Shown in pieces: positions 48,873-60,401 of a stretch of 64,000 nt of DNA. The notes beneath the pieces were generated by a model that was not told where the DNA came from, did not search any database, and saw only the letters and a program-made list of their open reading frames with translations. Each line of letters opens with the position of its first letter. The first letter of the stretch is position 1. The position numbers and the translations under genes are program-made. Origin of the DNA: Desulfatiglandales bacterium (GTDB lineage: Bacteria > Desulfobacterota > DSM-4660 > Desulfatiglandales > HGW-15); contig CAXXJJ010000004.1 of the NCBI GenBank assembly GCA_963667015.2, positions 2,784,001-2,848,000 of the forward strand, given 5' to 3'.

Positions 48873-49568
48873 CTATTTAAACCTGGAATTAACCCGGATC
48901 CTGATTTCGGGTTTTTCTTTATAATTCGTGCTAAGCCTTAGATAGCCACTGAAAATTCCAGGAACATCGGGTTGATTCTGGAAATTTATTTTATAAAGCT
49001 TTCCCTCTTCAACCGTCTCCAGGGAATAATTCACCTTTCCTGCAAGTTCAGAGGATAATTTAATTGGTTTCAATATTAGAGGCTTATCCAGTCCGGCAGA
49101 TATGGACAGACCCATGCTCTTTGTTTCACCAGCCTTCCCTATCAACGAAACCGTGCTGGAAGGCGTAAATTTTATCATTGGTTTTACAGATCCTTCAAGC
49201 ATCAAACGAACTTGTCTATTTATGGGATCATTACTTTCAACTCTTATATATTTCTTAATCTTTCCCCGACTATTCCGGGTATTTATCCTTACCTTTATCT
49301 TGCCCTCTCCGCCCGGAGGGATGGTCCTGTCAAAATCGACAACCGAACAATGTCAGCCGGGACTAACCTTCCGAATCTTAAGCAGGGCATTTCCCCTGTT
49401 GTATACCGGGTAGGTATGTTCTATATAGGTGCCCTCCACCACCTCATCAGCAGTAAAGGCCTTTTCCTTAAAAAATATCTCAGGCGCTGTTTTATCCTGT
49501 CCCCAGGAAGTACTGCCCCAAAATACCGCTAAAATAAATATAAGAATAATAAATAATCTGTTTTTCAT
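48873..49568 (-). CDS. DUF1573-like exported Ig-fold protein, predicted selenoprotein (in-frame UGA at 49353-49355)
   Basis: Track ORFs 49353-49568 and 48873-49205 are in frame with no other stop; ...KVSPG-U-HC-SVVDFDRTIPPGGEGKI; hairpin just 3' of UGA. Confidence 0.8.
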
Positions 49569-49621
49569 TTTTCGGTCTCAAAACATAAATAATAAATTTT
49601 AAATCGTGCCATCATAAAATG

Positions 49622-50263
49622 CTATATAGCTATCTCATTTTTTAATTTATAAGTAAGAATATCAAGTTTTACAGTAAAATCTATGTTCTCTATAATACAG
49701 TGATCAGGTGCCTGAAGCTGTGCCGGTGAAAAATTAAGTATGGCAGCAACCTTTGCGTCAAAAAACATATTTGCCGTTTCCTGAGCCCCTGAATAGGGAG
49801 TAGAAATAACCCCGATATCAATTCTATATTGCTTGACGAGCTCTTTCAAATCTCGAATATCTCTTATAACAAGACCTGAAGAGAGCTGATTACCTATTTT
49901 CTCAGGGTCAGTATCAAAAGCCGCTACAAAACGAAAACCTCTTGCCTTGAAATTCTGATTTTTTAAAAGCGCAGTTCCAAGATTCCCTATGCCGGCTATT
50001 CCCATTCTCCATTCCCTGTTAACAGCCAGTATTTTTTTTATCTCTCTTTGAAGTTCCCTGACATCATACCCGACACCGCGGATACCAAATTCTCCAAAGT
50101 AGCCGAGATCTTTACGCACCTGTGCGGGATTCACCTGGCACAACCATGCGAGTTTTTCTGAAGCGACCGTTCGATAACCGTCAAATTCAAGCAATTCCAG
50201 ATGCCTGTAATAGAGTGATAATCTTGTTATCGTTGCCTTGGGTATTTTTTCTCTTCGTTCCAT
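49622..50263 (-). CDS. rex: Redox-sensing repressor Rex
   Basis: IPKATITRLSLY, QVRKDLGYFGEFG.RGVGY, GIGNLG, ILNFSP. Confidence 0.96.
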   Translation of the reverse strand: MERREKIPKATITRLSLYYRHLELLEFDGYRTVASEKLAWLCQVNPAQVRKDLGYFGEFGIRGVGYDVRELQREIKKILAVNREWRMGIAGIGNLGTALLKNQNFKARGFRFVAAFDTDPEKIGNQLSSGLVIRDIRDLKELVKQYRIDIGVISTPYSGAQETANMFFDAKVAAILNFSPAQLQAPDHCIIENIDFTVKLDILTYKLKNEIAI

Positions 50264-50524
50264 TAAAAATTATATAACAATAATTCGGATGTATGATATG
50301 TATGTTAAAATATAACGAAAAGTGATACAAGTTTACTGCTTGAAATTCAAAATTATCTAAACGTTGAAATCAGTATAAAACAATATTATAAGAAGTTTCA
50401 CCATATAACACAGCAGATTGCAAAATAACAATTAATTTATAATGCGTCAATTACAGGTCTTTTATAATTGAATGCATAAACCGTTTAATCACACCTGATG
50501 CATTAATGCAATAAACAGGCCATT

Positions 50525-52900
50525 GTGCCGGAGAAACAAGATTTAATGTCCAATGATCATAGAAAATCAGTTACTGATGATGCCGACACTACGAATGATT
50601 CGGCATTTTCAAAGGACAACATTAGAAAAAGCATAAGTCATGTTAATGATATCTTTGATGAAAGGTACAAAATTTTTCTTGAACAGGTTAGCGATGGGGT
50701 ATTTGAAACTGATATCTATGGCAACTTCATTTATTTCAACAAGGCCTTTTGTAATATCCTTGGCCATTCAGGATCCGATATAAAGGGACATGACTTCAGC
50801 AGATTCATGGACAATGAAAATGCAAGAAAGGCCTATGAGACATTTACAAACATATGGGTAACCCAGAATGAGACTTCAGATCTGCAATGGGAAATACTTG
50901 ACAGTGATGGCGAAACCAGGCTCATCGAATTATCAGCCTTTCTGATCAAGGATGAAAAGGGCACCAAAAAGGGATTCAGGGGAATTGCCAGGGATATCAC
51001 CCAGAAAATGCAGACGATAAATGCCCTTAAAAAATCCGAACTTCTCTATGAAAAGGAATCAAAGGCCAGCAGAAGGGCAGAGCTGATGGCAAGAAATCTG
51101 CTTGATTTCGTTCCCTACCCCATGATTGTTTCAGACCTCAATGCCAAGATAAGCTATTTGAACCCTGCCTTTACCCGTACATTCGGCTGGACACTGGATG
51201 AAATAAAGGGAGAACCAATTCCCTTTGTCCCGTCCCATCTGGCTGAAGAGGCAAAGATCAACAGGGAATACATGCTCAAGAAAAAACAGATGAGGCTTGA
51301 AACAAAGAGACTTACAAAGGACGGCAGGATACTTGACGTTATTATCAGGGGGTCTGTTTATACAGACGAAGAAAATGATAATGCCGGCGGAAAACTCTTT
51401 ATCATAAGGGATATTACACAGGAAAAAAAACTGGAACTGACAAATGCAACCCTTCACCGTATCAGTCTGGCACTTCCGGAATATCCGGTTCTTGAAGATC
51501 TGCTTGATTATATCAGCAGTGAAACAAAACGCCTATTAAACTCCGAAAGCGCTACGGTAGCCATTCTCGACGAATCAATGAACGAAATCTTTTTTGTGGG
51601 CGCGGCATATGATGATTCTGATGCAAAATACCGGATAAAAAAAGTGCGATTTCCGGCAGAAAACACCATTACAGGAAGGGCAATAAAAAATGGAAAGCCC
51701 GTGATCGTTCATGACTCATCAAAGGAGCCTGATTTCTATCCCGGGGTTGATGAACAGGCGGGCGTACAGACAAAAAATATGCTCTTTGTCCCGCTGCGAA
51801 GCCGTGACAGGATCATCGGAGTTCTGGCGGCAGTTAACAAAAAGGAAGGCACATTTGATGATACCGATGTCGAACTCATGAATATGATAGCAGGGACAGT
51901 TGCCCTCTCTGTTGAAAATGCGCGATATTCCGAACAGCTTAGAGAGGCATATCATGAAGTCACAATGTTGAACAGGGCAAAAGATAAGGCTATAAACCAT
52001 CTCTCACATGAAATAAAGACCCCTGTATCGGTTCTTCTGGCTACGCATAATATCCTTGCAAAAAGGCTGGAGCCTCTTCCGGCTGAAACCTGGGAAACAA
52101 CTCTTAGAAGGGCAAAACGAAATCTTGAACGGATACTTGATATCCAGTATGAAGTTGAGGATATCATGCGGAACAGCGATTTCAGGGGTTATCATATGCT
52201 TTCCACCCTTCTTGATGAATGCTCTGACGAACTCGAGGCTCTTGCCGCAGAAGAATTCGGCGAAGGAGATATAGTAAAAAAACTCAGGAACAAAATAGAC
52301 GTTGTCTTTGGGCCAAAAACATTTGACATAAGGAATATTGAACTCGCCTCTTTTGTAGACAGCAGCCTGAAACTGATGGAGCCCCATTTTACCCACAGAG
52401 ACCTGGAGATAATAAAATCCCTTGAGAAATCATCTGCGGTACATCTCCCGGAAGATGTCCTTGAAAAGGTTATTACCGGGATTCTTAAAAATGCAATAGA
52501 AAATACTCCTGACAAGGGGAAGATAGAAATAAGCATCAAACCCAAAAGCGGAGGCACTGAACTTACTGTAAAGGATTATGGTGTCGGGATACCGGATGAG
52601 TATCAGAGCCGTATTTTTGAAGGTTTTTTTTCTACCCAGGACACCATGAACTATTCATCAAAAAGACCTTATGATTTTAATGCAGGAGGTAAAGGAGCCG
52701 ACCTGTTACGGACCAAGATATTTTCTGAAAAATACAATTTCACTATAGATATGAAATCCACCAGATGTAAGTATATCCCTGAAGAAAATGATATCTGCTA
52801 TGGCAATATAGAGAGATGTGAATTCTGTCGTGAGAAAGAAGACTGCTACATTTCCGGCGGAACTGTTTTTACCCTGTTTTTTCTCGAGTCTTCTGACTAA
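50525..52900 (+). CDS. PAS-PAS-GAF histidine kinase with Cys-rich insert in the ATPase domain
   Basis: HLSHEIKTP H-box, DYGVGI, GGKGADL, five C-terminal Cys. Confidence 0.88.
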   Translation: MPEKQDLMSNDHRKSVTDDADTTNDSAFSKDNIRKSISHVNDIFDERYKIFLEQVSDGVFETDIYGNFIYFNKAFCNILGHSGSDIKGHDFSRFMDNENARKAYETFTNIWVTQNETSDLQWEILDSDGETRLIELSAFLIKDEKGTKKGFRGIARDITQKMQTINALKKSELLYEKESKASRRAELMARNLLDFVPYPMIVSDLNAKISYLNPAFTRTFGWTLDEIKGEPIPFVPSHLAEEAKINREYMLKKKQMRLETKRLTKDGRILDVIIRGSVYTDEENDNAGGKLFIIRDITQEKKLELTNATLHRISLALPEYPVLEDLLDYISSETKRLLNSESATVAILDESMNEIFFVGAAYDDSDAKYRIKKVRFPAENTITGRAIKNGKPVIVHDSSKEPDFYPGVDEQAGVQTKNMLFVPLRSRDRIIGVLAAVNKKEGTFDDTDVELMNMIAGTVALSVENARYSEQLREAYHEVTMLNRAKDKAINHLSHEIKTPVSVLLATHNILAKRLEPLPAETWETTLRRAKRNLERILDIQYEVEDIMRNSDFRGYHMLSTLLDECSDELEALAAEEFGEGDIVKKLRNKIDVVFGPKTFDIRNIELASFVDSSLKLMEPHFTHRDLEIIKSLEKSSAVHLPEDVLEKVITGILKNAIENTPDKGKIEISIKPKSGGTELTVKDYGVGIPDEYQSRIFEGFFSTQDTMNYSSKRPYDFNAGGKGADLLRTKIFSEKYNFTIDMKSTRCKYIPEENDICYGNIERCEFCREKEDCYISGGTVFTLFFLESSD

Positions 52901-53149
52901 ATAAATTAAACCATAAGGTTAGGACACAGGAGATTAGTAATACACCTCAAAACCCTTGAAGTTTCTATTTACCGGCCATCAGCGCATCATTGTATTTTAT
53001 TGTAATATTGACAATTTATTAAAAATTAGTTATCTGAGAGTATCATAACAGAACAAAGAAAAGCTTATAAATATACTAAAAAAAACCTTTTACTGGTTTT
53101 CCGGTTAATCAACATAAAATTATCGATACAGGCCAATCGGGGGCAATGA

Positions 53150-54037
53150 ATGATTATCAATTGTGAAAAATGTGACTCAAAATTCAACCTTGATGAAACC
53201 CTCCTGAATGAAAATGGTTCCAGAGTAAGGTGTTCAGTCTGTAAAAATATTTTTTTAGTTATGCCTCCCAAACCCGAAGAAGAGGATGATTTAGACCCGT
53301 CACTCGAGGAGACTGTTGATCTGGATTCCCCGCCGGCTTTTGAAGAATCTGATGAATTAAACATGGATGAAGCCGACACAGACGAAAATTTCGATAAGGC
53401 CTTTGAAGATGCATTAAATGAAGATATGCAGCAGGAGGAGATTGAGGAAGAAGAGACAGCAAAACTGGAACCTGAAATCGAAAAGGTTAAGAGAAAAAAC
53501 AGGCGACCAGGCTTGATACTTTCTATAATTATTGCTGCTTTTGTACTCATATTAGGAGCTCTTTCTGTTTATCTTTTTGCTCCCGGCTTCCTGCCTGACG
53601 GCCCATCCGGAACAAAATCCGCTGAAAAGGAAGATCTGACTGATACCGGTAACCGAAGACTTGATATTATCGATCTTGAAGGCAATTTTTTTCCTACCGA
53701 TAAAATAGGACAGCTTTATATAATAAAAGGAAAAATAATTAATAATTATCCCCAAAGTAGAAGTCATATTCTGGTCAAGGGGACCATAGAAGACGAAAAA
53801 AGAAATCCCATTGACCGCAAACTCACCTATGCCGGCAACATATTCACTGAGAATGAATTGAAGGATATAACCATTGAGGAAATTGAGAAAAAATTAAAGA
53901 ACAAATCAGGGAAAAATAATTCCAATATTGATGTAGCCTCGCAGGAGTCCGTTCCCTTTATGATTATTTTTTACAATCTTCCTGATTCAATAAGTGAATA
54001 CGTTGTGGAGACAGTAAGTTCATCACCCGGACAATAA
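53150..54037 (+). CDS. MJ0042 zinc-finger / DUF3426-like membrane protein
   Basis: CEKCDSKF...VRCSVC, acidic linker, TM, C-terminal VPFMIIF. Confidence 0.8.
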   Translation: MIINCEKCDSKFNLDETLLNENGSRVRCSVCKNIFLVMPPKPEEEDDLDPSLEETVDLDSPPAFEESDELNMDEADTDENFDKAFEDALNEDMQQEEIEEEETAKLEPEIEKVKRKNRRPGLILSIIIAAFVLILGALSVYLFAPGFLPDGPSGTKSAEKEDLTDTGNRRLDIIDLEGNFFPTDKIGQLYIIKGKIINNYPQSRSHILVKGTIEDEKRNPIDRKLTYAGNIFTENELKDITIEEIEKKLKNKSGKNNSNIDVASQESVPFMIIFYNLPDSISEYVVETVSSSPGQ

Positions 54038-54100
54038 CCAGTATCATGATTTTCCATTAATTAATGCCGGTTCGTACACAGTGTTTTTAAAAGAGGCGAA

Positions 54101-55126
54101 ATGATAGGCATTGATACCAAAAATACTGCCAGTAAAGCCTATAAAATCTTCAAAGGATTTATAATACTTGCCTTTATTGTTACCTTTGGTTCAATTGGCT
54201 ACATGACAATCGAAGGCTGGGGGGCTTTCCAGAGCCTTTACATGACTGTTATTACAATCACCACAGTGGGATATAGAGAGATGGGGAACCTGTCGGTAGC
54301 AGGCATGGCATTTACAATAATCCTTATCTTTCTGGGGATGGGGATTATTCTATATATCGTGGGACTTGTAACCCAGGTAATGGTAGAACTGCAATTAAGC
54401 TCCATTATAGGGAGGAAGACGTTGGATCAACAAATCAAAAAAATCAAGGATCATTATATTGTCTGCGGATTCGGCAGGATCGGCAAGGTAATATGCAAGG
54501 AACTGAAATCAAAAAATATCCCTGTCCTGGTTATTGACAATACTCCTGAAGCAAAAGAATCACTCGATGCTGAATCCGTTCCATATATTATTGACGATGC
54601 AACCAGCGAAGATGTGCTGCTTGATGCAGGCATCGGGAGGGCAAGAGGGTTGATATCGGTTGTTGCATCAGATGCTGACAATTTATTTATCACATTGACT
54701 GCAAGGGGCCTGAATAATTCGGCCTTCATTATTGCCCGCGCGGATGAAGAAAAATCCGAAAAAAAACTTATGAGGGCCGGAGCTGACAAAGTATTTCTGC
54801 CATATATAATAGGCGGCCATAAGATGGCTCAATCCATTACAAAGCCCGCAGTGACCGATTTTCTTGAATTCACCGTCCATAACAGAGACATGGGACTGGA
54901 AATGGAGCAGTTGAATGTCAGTAAGGATTCAAGGCTTAACGGCCTGAAACTGATGGAATCAGGAATCAGACAGGAGATGGATATTATTATTGTTGCCATA
55001 AGAAAAAAGACCGGACATATGGCCTTTAACCCCTCCTCTGAAACCCGTATAGAGGCGGGGGATACACTGATTGCCCTTGGTAAGAATGATGATCTGATAA
55101 AACTCGGAAAAATACTTGCAGAGTAG
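54101..55126 (+). CDS. Potassium channel with TrkA-N/TrkA-C domains
   Basis: TTVGY filter, CGFGRIG, RCK-C. Confidence 0.92.
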   Translation: MIGIDTKNTASKAYKIFKGFIILAFIVTFGSIGYMTIEGWGAFQSLYMTVITITTVGYREMGNLSVAGMAFTIILIFLGMGIILYIVGLVTQVMVELQLSSIIGRKTLDQQIKKIKDHYIVCGFGRIGKVICKELKSKNIPVLVIDNTPEAKESLDAESVPYIIDDATSEDVLLDAGIGRARGLISVVASDADNLFITLTARGLNNSAFIIARADEEKSEKKLMRAGADKVFLPYIIGGHKMAQSITKPAVTDFLEFTVHNRDMGLEMEQLNVSKDSRLNGLKLMESGIRQEMDIIIVAIRKKTGHMAFNPSSETRIEAGDTLIALGKNDDLIKLGKILAE

Positions 55127-55374
55127 TAACCTTTTTTCATGCACTTCATTAAATGAATAAAGCGGGATACTACTGGTAAAAATGTTAGTAAATTATTTAA
55201 TTTGATCAGATTGATGCGGGGGGCCTGATACTGGATTACCGGAAAATCAGGAATAAATATAAAATACAATCCTAATCCATCCGGTATCCATTAAACAGTA
55301 TCAAGTATCAGCCTATAACCAATATGATCTATAAAGATTTTAAAAGATAAAGAGGGCTCGCTCAGGGCAAACCT

Positions 55375-56670
55375 CTAAAATCTATACTGCACACCAGCTG
55401 AAATCATTTTTACATCTTTATCAAGGGCAATGGCTATTGACGAGCCTGATGATACATCAGTATATGAGTCCTGCTCATATGAAACATACCCCAGACCAAA
55501 ATCCAACTTCAGGGCTTCATTATAATTGTATACAATTCCCAGGCCTAAAGTCTTGGCATTGAGTTCCGGAGCTTCTTTAAGTGCATACCGGGCACTCATA
55601 CCTGTCTGGGTCGTAAGATACCCTAAGGTTCCCTTCAAATTATCTCTAAACGCATATTCCAGTGTAAAATTAAAATCATGACCGTCATTAACGTTCCGCT
55701 CAGCACCGCCCCAGTCTGCACGATTCTGAAAATAATAGATCATGCCGGCATCAACCCTTAACCTGGGAGAGACGGTTATGCCAAGCCCAAGAGAAAACAG
55801 TGCTGGAAGATTTCTTGTATGCTCTGTGCCGTCAGTTATCCCCTGCTGCAACAGCAGGCCGTAGGGCAATCCTGTTATGGAGTCTTCATTCACTCTGTAT
55901 TTAAAATCGAGATCCGTTTCTGTCTCATATTTCATGCCGACATAAAGAGGACCGGAATCTATGCTCAAACCTAATATAAACCCAAAACCATCCGCACTGT
56001 CTTCATAATCCATCAGAGCAGTTCTTGAAGACTGTTCGACAGCAATTCCCAGTTCTGTTGGAAGCACCTGGAAGGTTGCTATGCCCTTTTTATTTGCATC
56101 GATATATCTTCCTGCCAGTGAAACAGATACAACATCATTGATTTTGTAGGCACCTCCTGCGGTGAAACCGTAATAAAAGGCTTCAGCGTTAAGCCTCTCA
56201 TTTGCTATTTCCCCGTATACTGCAGCTCCAGCCGTCTTATTAAGGAGATTCCTCAATGTGGTAGCACCAATTCTTGTTGTAGCATTTCCATTATCATAGT
56301 CCACCTCTCCGCCGCCGGCCGGAATTGTGAATGAAAAAAAACCTGCCCATCTGTCTTTTTTATAAAGTGCAAACAGGGCCGGTACAAAGGAAGGTGTATC
56401 CTGTTCCAGATTTTCACCGTCAACAATATTGGTATAGTCCTTCAGTACATAATGGACCGAAAGGTTTCCCTGCAGACCATCCTCCATTTTCATGACACCA
56501 GCGGGATTATATGCAATAGCATCGAGTGAATCAGTTGCAGCATTTCTTCCAAGAGATCTCACATATTCACCGCTGTAGTTACTCCTGTTATCTACACCTC
56601 CCGCCATAAGGACCGAGCATGAAATAAAAATTACACAGGTCATGCACAAAAATACAAAAAGTTTTTTCAT
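55375..56670 (-). CDS. FadL/OmpP1-family outer-membrane transporter
   Basis: Signal peptide, YNPAG, terminal YRF. Confidence 0.85.
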   Translation of the reverse strand: MKKLFVFLCMTCVIFISCSVLMAGGVDNRSNYSGEYVRSLGRNAATDSLDAIAYNPAGVMKMEDGLQGNLSVHYVLKDYTNIVDGENLEQDTPSFVPALFALYKKDRWAGFFSFTIPAGGGEVDYDNGNATTRIGATTLRNLLNKTAGAAVYGEIANERLNAEAFYYGFTAGGAYKINDVVSVSLAGRYIDANKKGIATFQVLPTELGIAVEQSSRTALMDYEDSADGFGFILGLSIDSGPLYVGMKYETETDLDFKYRVNEDSITGLPYGLLLQQGITDGTEHTRNLPALFSLGLGITVSPRLRVDAGMIYYFQNRADWGGAERNVNDGHDFNFTLEYAFRDNLKGTLGYLTTQTGMSARYALKEAPELNAKTLGLGIVYNYNEALKLDFGLGYVSYEQDSYTDVSSGSSIAIALDKDVKMISAGVQYRF

Positions 56671-56920
56671 GTTTTTACCTCCCATCAGGTATTAATAATG
56701 ACTACAGGAAAAATTAAAAAAATAAAGAAGCTGCAAATACTATGAAGAGACTGATATTGAAAAAAGTCTGTAGAGTTTATGAGTAAACATGTTTATGTGT
56801 CAAGAAAAAAGACCTTTTATGAAGATATAGTCTATTCACCTTAAACCAATGTTTTTAAGTTGATCGTGTATTTATTTTTTTCTTTAAATCATGGAAATAA
56901 TAGGATAACGTGCCCCTATT

Positions 56921-57709
56921 ATGATAGAAGATTCCATAAAAATATTATCCAACAACAGTGTTACATCCGACACCTTTCTCCTCAGGCTTTATTCACCGGA
57001 ACTTGCCGCAAGTGCAAATCCTGGCCAGTTTCTGATGGTGAGGGTAAATGAAGGTATTGATCCTGTCCTGCGGCGCCCTTTTTCCATTTGCGGAGCAGAG
57101 GATGACGGCACCATCAAAATACTGTACAAAGTTGTCGGCAAGGGTACGGCAATCTTGTCAAACAGGAAAGAAGGAGACCTTCTTTCTGTCCTTGGCCCGC
57201 TTGGAAAGGGATTCAATATATCTGATGAATCCAAAAAGTCATTCTATGTAGCAGGCGGAATCGGTATTGCACCCATGCTCTTCCTCTGCCAGAAAACAGA
57301 CTCATCGAATATTACTTTTTTGACCGGCTTCAGGAATTCAGATGAAATTATCGACCCGGCTCTAACAGGAAATAAAATACACAATCTGATAGCAACAGAT
57401 GACGGATCCAAAGGATACAACGGACGGGTAACTGAACTCCTTGTTGAACATCTTGAACAGTACAAACAGAACGATACAGCCATTTATGCCTGCGGCCCTC
57501 TTCCAATGCTGAAGGCCGTTAAAGATGTCTCCCAAAAATACGGGATACCTTGCCAGGTATCCATGGAAACCCTTATGGCATGCGGACTTGGGGCATGCCA
57601 GGGATGTGTTGTCCGATCAGATATTACCAGGACCAATACATCCTATCTGCATGTATGCAAAGAGGGGCCGGTGTTTGACATTAACGATATCGACTGGAAA
57701 AATATATGA
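56921..57709 (+). CDS. pyrK: Dihydroorotate dehydrogenase electron transfer subunit
   Basis: [33 protein letters not shown]. Confidence 0.93.
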   Translation: MIEDSIKILSNNSVTSDTFLLRLYSPELAASANPGQFLMVRVNEGIDPVLRRPFSICGAEDDGTIKILYKVVGKGTAILSNRKEGDLLSVLGPLGKGFNISDESKKSFYVAGGIGIAPMLFLCQKTDSSNITFLTGFRNSDEIIDPALTGNKIHNLIATDDGSKGYNGRVTELLVEHLEQYKQNDTAIYACGPLPMLKAVKDVSQKYGIPCQVSMETLMACGLGACQGCVVRSDITRTNTSYLHVCKEGPVFDINDIDWKNI

Positions 57710-58632
57710 GCATCAGCCCTGATATCTCAATAAAGCTTTTCGGCCTTGAAATAAAAAATCCGGTAATGACCGCATCAGGAACCTTCGGTTACGGCAGCGA
57801 ATTTGACTCATTAATAGATCTCAATCAATTGGGTGCCATTGTTGTCAAGGGTATTTCACTAAAGCCCATGCCCGGAAATCCACCACCGAGGATAGTTGAA
57901 ACACCGGCAGGCATGCTCAATGCCATTGGCCTGGCCAATATAGGAATAGAGAAATTCCTGACCGATAAACTCCCGTGGCTTAAAACTCTGGATACCAAAA
58001 TCATAGTTAATATTTACGGACACAGTATTGATGAATACGGTGAACTTGCAAACGCCTTCAAGAATGTCGATGGAGTATCTGCTCTTGAGGTAAATATTTC
58101 ATGCCCCAATGTTGATAAAGGCGGACTCGTCTTTGGCAAAGATCCTGACATGTCTGCAAGGGTGACCGAAGCCGTTGTTAAAAATACAAACAAACCTGTT
58201 ATTGTCAAGCTGACACCAAACGTGTCCGACATCACCACGCTTGCCACTGCTGTGGAGCAGGCAGGAGCTCACTGTCTTTCCCTTATAAACACGTTGACAG
58301 GCATGGCTATTGACATTGAAACCGGAAGACCCAGACTAGGCAACATATCAGGAGGATTGTCCGGGCCAGCCATAAAACCCGTTGCCCTGCACATGGTCTA
58401 CCAGGTCGCAAAAGCTGTTAAGATACCCATCATCGGGATAGGCGGAATATTAAATGCCAGCGACGCACTGGAATTTTTTATAGCAGGGGCAAGTGCCGTA
58501 CAGGTGGGAACTGCAAATTTTATCAACCCTGGAGCAACTCTGGAAATTATAGATGGAATAAAGAGTTACTGCGAAAGGAAAAATTTAAAGAACATTAAGG
58601 AAATTATTGGCAGCATTAACCTGAACAGGTAA
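57706..58632 (+). CDS. pyrD: Dihydroorotate dehydrogenase (family 1B)
   Basis: [22 protein letters not shown]. Confidence 0.95.
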   Translation: MSISPDISIKLFGLEIKNPVMTASGTFGYGSEFDSLIDLNQLGAIVVKGISLKPMPGNPPPRIVETPAGMLNAIGLANIGIEKFLTDKLPWLKTLDTKIIVNIYGHSIDEYGELANAFKNVDGVSALEVNISCPNVDKGGLVFGKDPDMSARVTEAVVKNTNKPVIVKLTPNVSDITTLATAVEQAGAHCLSLINTLTGMAIDIETGRPRLGNISGGLSGPAIKPVALHMVYQVAKAVKIPIIGIGGILNASDALEFFIAGASAVQVGTANFINPGATLEIIDGIKSYCERKNLKNIKEIIGSINLNR

Positions 58633-58643
58633 AGGGGAGATGA

Positions 58644-60401
58644 ATGACTTGTACTTCTTCGACAGAAAAAGTCTGGTATAAACACTGGCCGTATGAGGTG
58701 GCTAAAAACCTGGATTATCCCGATTCAACACTTGCTGAAATACTTGAAGAGTCCGCCCGAAAAAACAGCGGCAAAACGGCCATAGTTTTTCTTGATACAA
58801 CAATGAACTATGGTGATTTGTGGGACAGGGTCAAAAGAACAGCAAAGGGGCTTTCTGACCTTGGACTAAAAAAAGGTGATGCATGTGCCCTGATACTTCC
58901 CAACTCCTATCAATATGTTATCTCATTTTATGCATGCCAGCTGCTGGGGGTAGTTGTAACAACAATTAATCCCACCTACAAATCCCTTGAGGTATCTTAT
59001 CAACTCAGGGACTCCAATTCAAAAGCCGTTATTGTTCTTGATTCTATCTATAAAGAAGTTGCAAAAGGGATAAAGGATGCGAATGTAAAGACAATTATTG
59101 GAACCAACATAGTCGATTTGTGCGGCTTTTCTAAAATAAAAATATTTCTCGGCAAACTTCTTAAAAAAATACCTGAAGGGAAACTGCCGCCTGATGCAAT
59201 AAAATTTACGGATCTGTTAAAATCGCCCCCAACACCTCCTGATGTTAAGATTAGTGCTGACGATACTGCGGCACTTCAATATACAGGGGGAACAACAGGC
59301 CTTCCAAAAGGAGCAATGCTTACACATAAAAACCTTGTAGCCAACGCAGCCCAGTGTGATGCCTGGCTGTGGAAAAGAGAGGAAACAACAGGTATCATTG
59401 GTGTTCTCCCGCTGTTTCATGCATTTGCAATGACTGTTGTAATGAACCTTTCGATAAGACTGGGAGGCTTTCAGTTACTGTTTCCAAGGCCACCTGCGGA
59501 TATGACGGATCTATTTAAGGCAATCGAAAAATACTCAAGCAATGCAGGTCTCATAATGCCTGGAGTTGCAATACTTTTTAATAAAATCAATAATCATCCA
59601 AGGGTCAGAGACTACGATCTAAGTAAGATGAAGATGTCTGTTTCAGGTGCCGGCCCACTGCCCGTGGAAGTACAGAACAGGTTTGAAGAAATCACAAAGT
59701 CGATTATAGTTGAAGGTTATGGACTGAGTGAGGCATCCCCCGTAACCCATGCAAACCCTATTCATGGGAACCGCAAGCTGGGGACCATCGGCCTGCCCTT
59801 CCCTGACACTGAAATAAAAATAATGGACAGAGAAACAGGGGAAAAGGAATTGCCCCATTTACCCTTTCCAGTCGCGACTGCAGGAGGCCTGACAAAAGAG
59901 CAGCTGGAAGAGGTAGAAAAATATACAGGAGAGCTTGTCATTAAAGGCCCCCAGGTAATGAAAGGATACCTGAACAAACCAGAAGAAACATCAAATGCTT
60001 TGCGTGACGGTTGGTTATATACCGGTGATATCGCCTGTATCGATTGCGAAGGTTATACAGTAATACGTGACCGTGTTAAAGACATGATAAAGGGAAAGGG
60101 TTATGCAATCTTTCCTGCTGAGGTGGAAGGTTTTCTGCACAAGCATCCTGCGATTCAGAATGTCGCAGTAATAGGGGTGCCGGATAAGGAGCGGGGAGAG
60201 GCGGTCAAGGCATTTATTGTTCTTGATCCGAAAAAAAAGGGAAAGGTTACTGCAGAAGATATTCAGAAATGGGCAAAGGATAAAATGGCAAAATACAAGA
60301 TACCTTCTGAGATTGAGTTCAGGGATGATCTTCCCACGACTATGGTTGGAAAGGTACTGAGACGCGTGCTCAAGGAAGAGGAAAGAAAAAAGCGGCAATA
60401 A
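58644..60401 (+). CDS. Long-chain acyl-CoA ligase
   Basis: YTGGTTGLPKG, EGYGLSE, TGD, DRVKDMI, VGKVLRR. Confidence 0.92.
   Translation: MTCTSSTEKVWYKHWPYEVAKNLDYPDSTLAEILEESARKNSGKTAIVFLDTTMNYGDLWDRVKRTAKGLSDLGLKKGDACALILPNSYQYVISFYACQLLGVVVTTINPTYKSLEVSYQLRDSNSKAVIVLDSIYKEVAKGIKDANVKTIIGTNIVDLCGFSKIKIFLGKLLKKIPEGKLPPDAIKFTDLLKSPPTPPDVKISADDTAALQYTGGTTGLPKGAMLTHKNLVANAAQCDAWLWKREETTGIIGVLPLFHAFAMTVVMNLSIRLGGFQLLFPRPPADMTDLFKAIEKYSSNAGLIMPGVAILFNKINNHPRVRDYDLSKMKMSVSGAGPLPVEVQNRFEEITKSIIVEGYGLSEASPVTHANPIHGNRKLGTIGLPFPDTEIKIMDRETGEKELPHLPFPVATAGGLTKEQLEEVEKYTGELVIKGPQVMKGYLNKPEETSNALRDGWLYTGDIACIDCEGYTVIRDRVKDMIKGKGYAIFPAEVEGFLHKHPAIQNVAVIGVPDKERGEAVKAFIVLDPKKKGKVTAEDIQKWAKDKMAKYKIPSEIEFRDDLPTTMVGKVLRRVLKEEERKKRQ

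Noticed and set aside
50295..50325. Autoregulatory Rex site upstream of rex
   Set aside because: Palindrome spacing and bases do not fit the 18-bp consensus.
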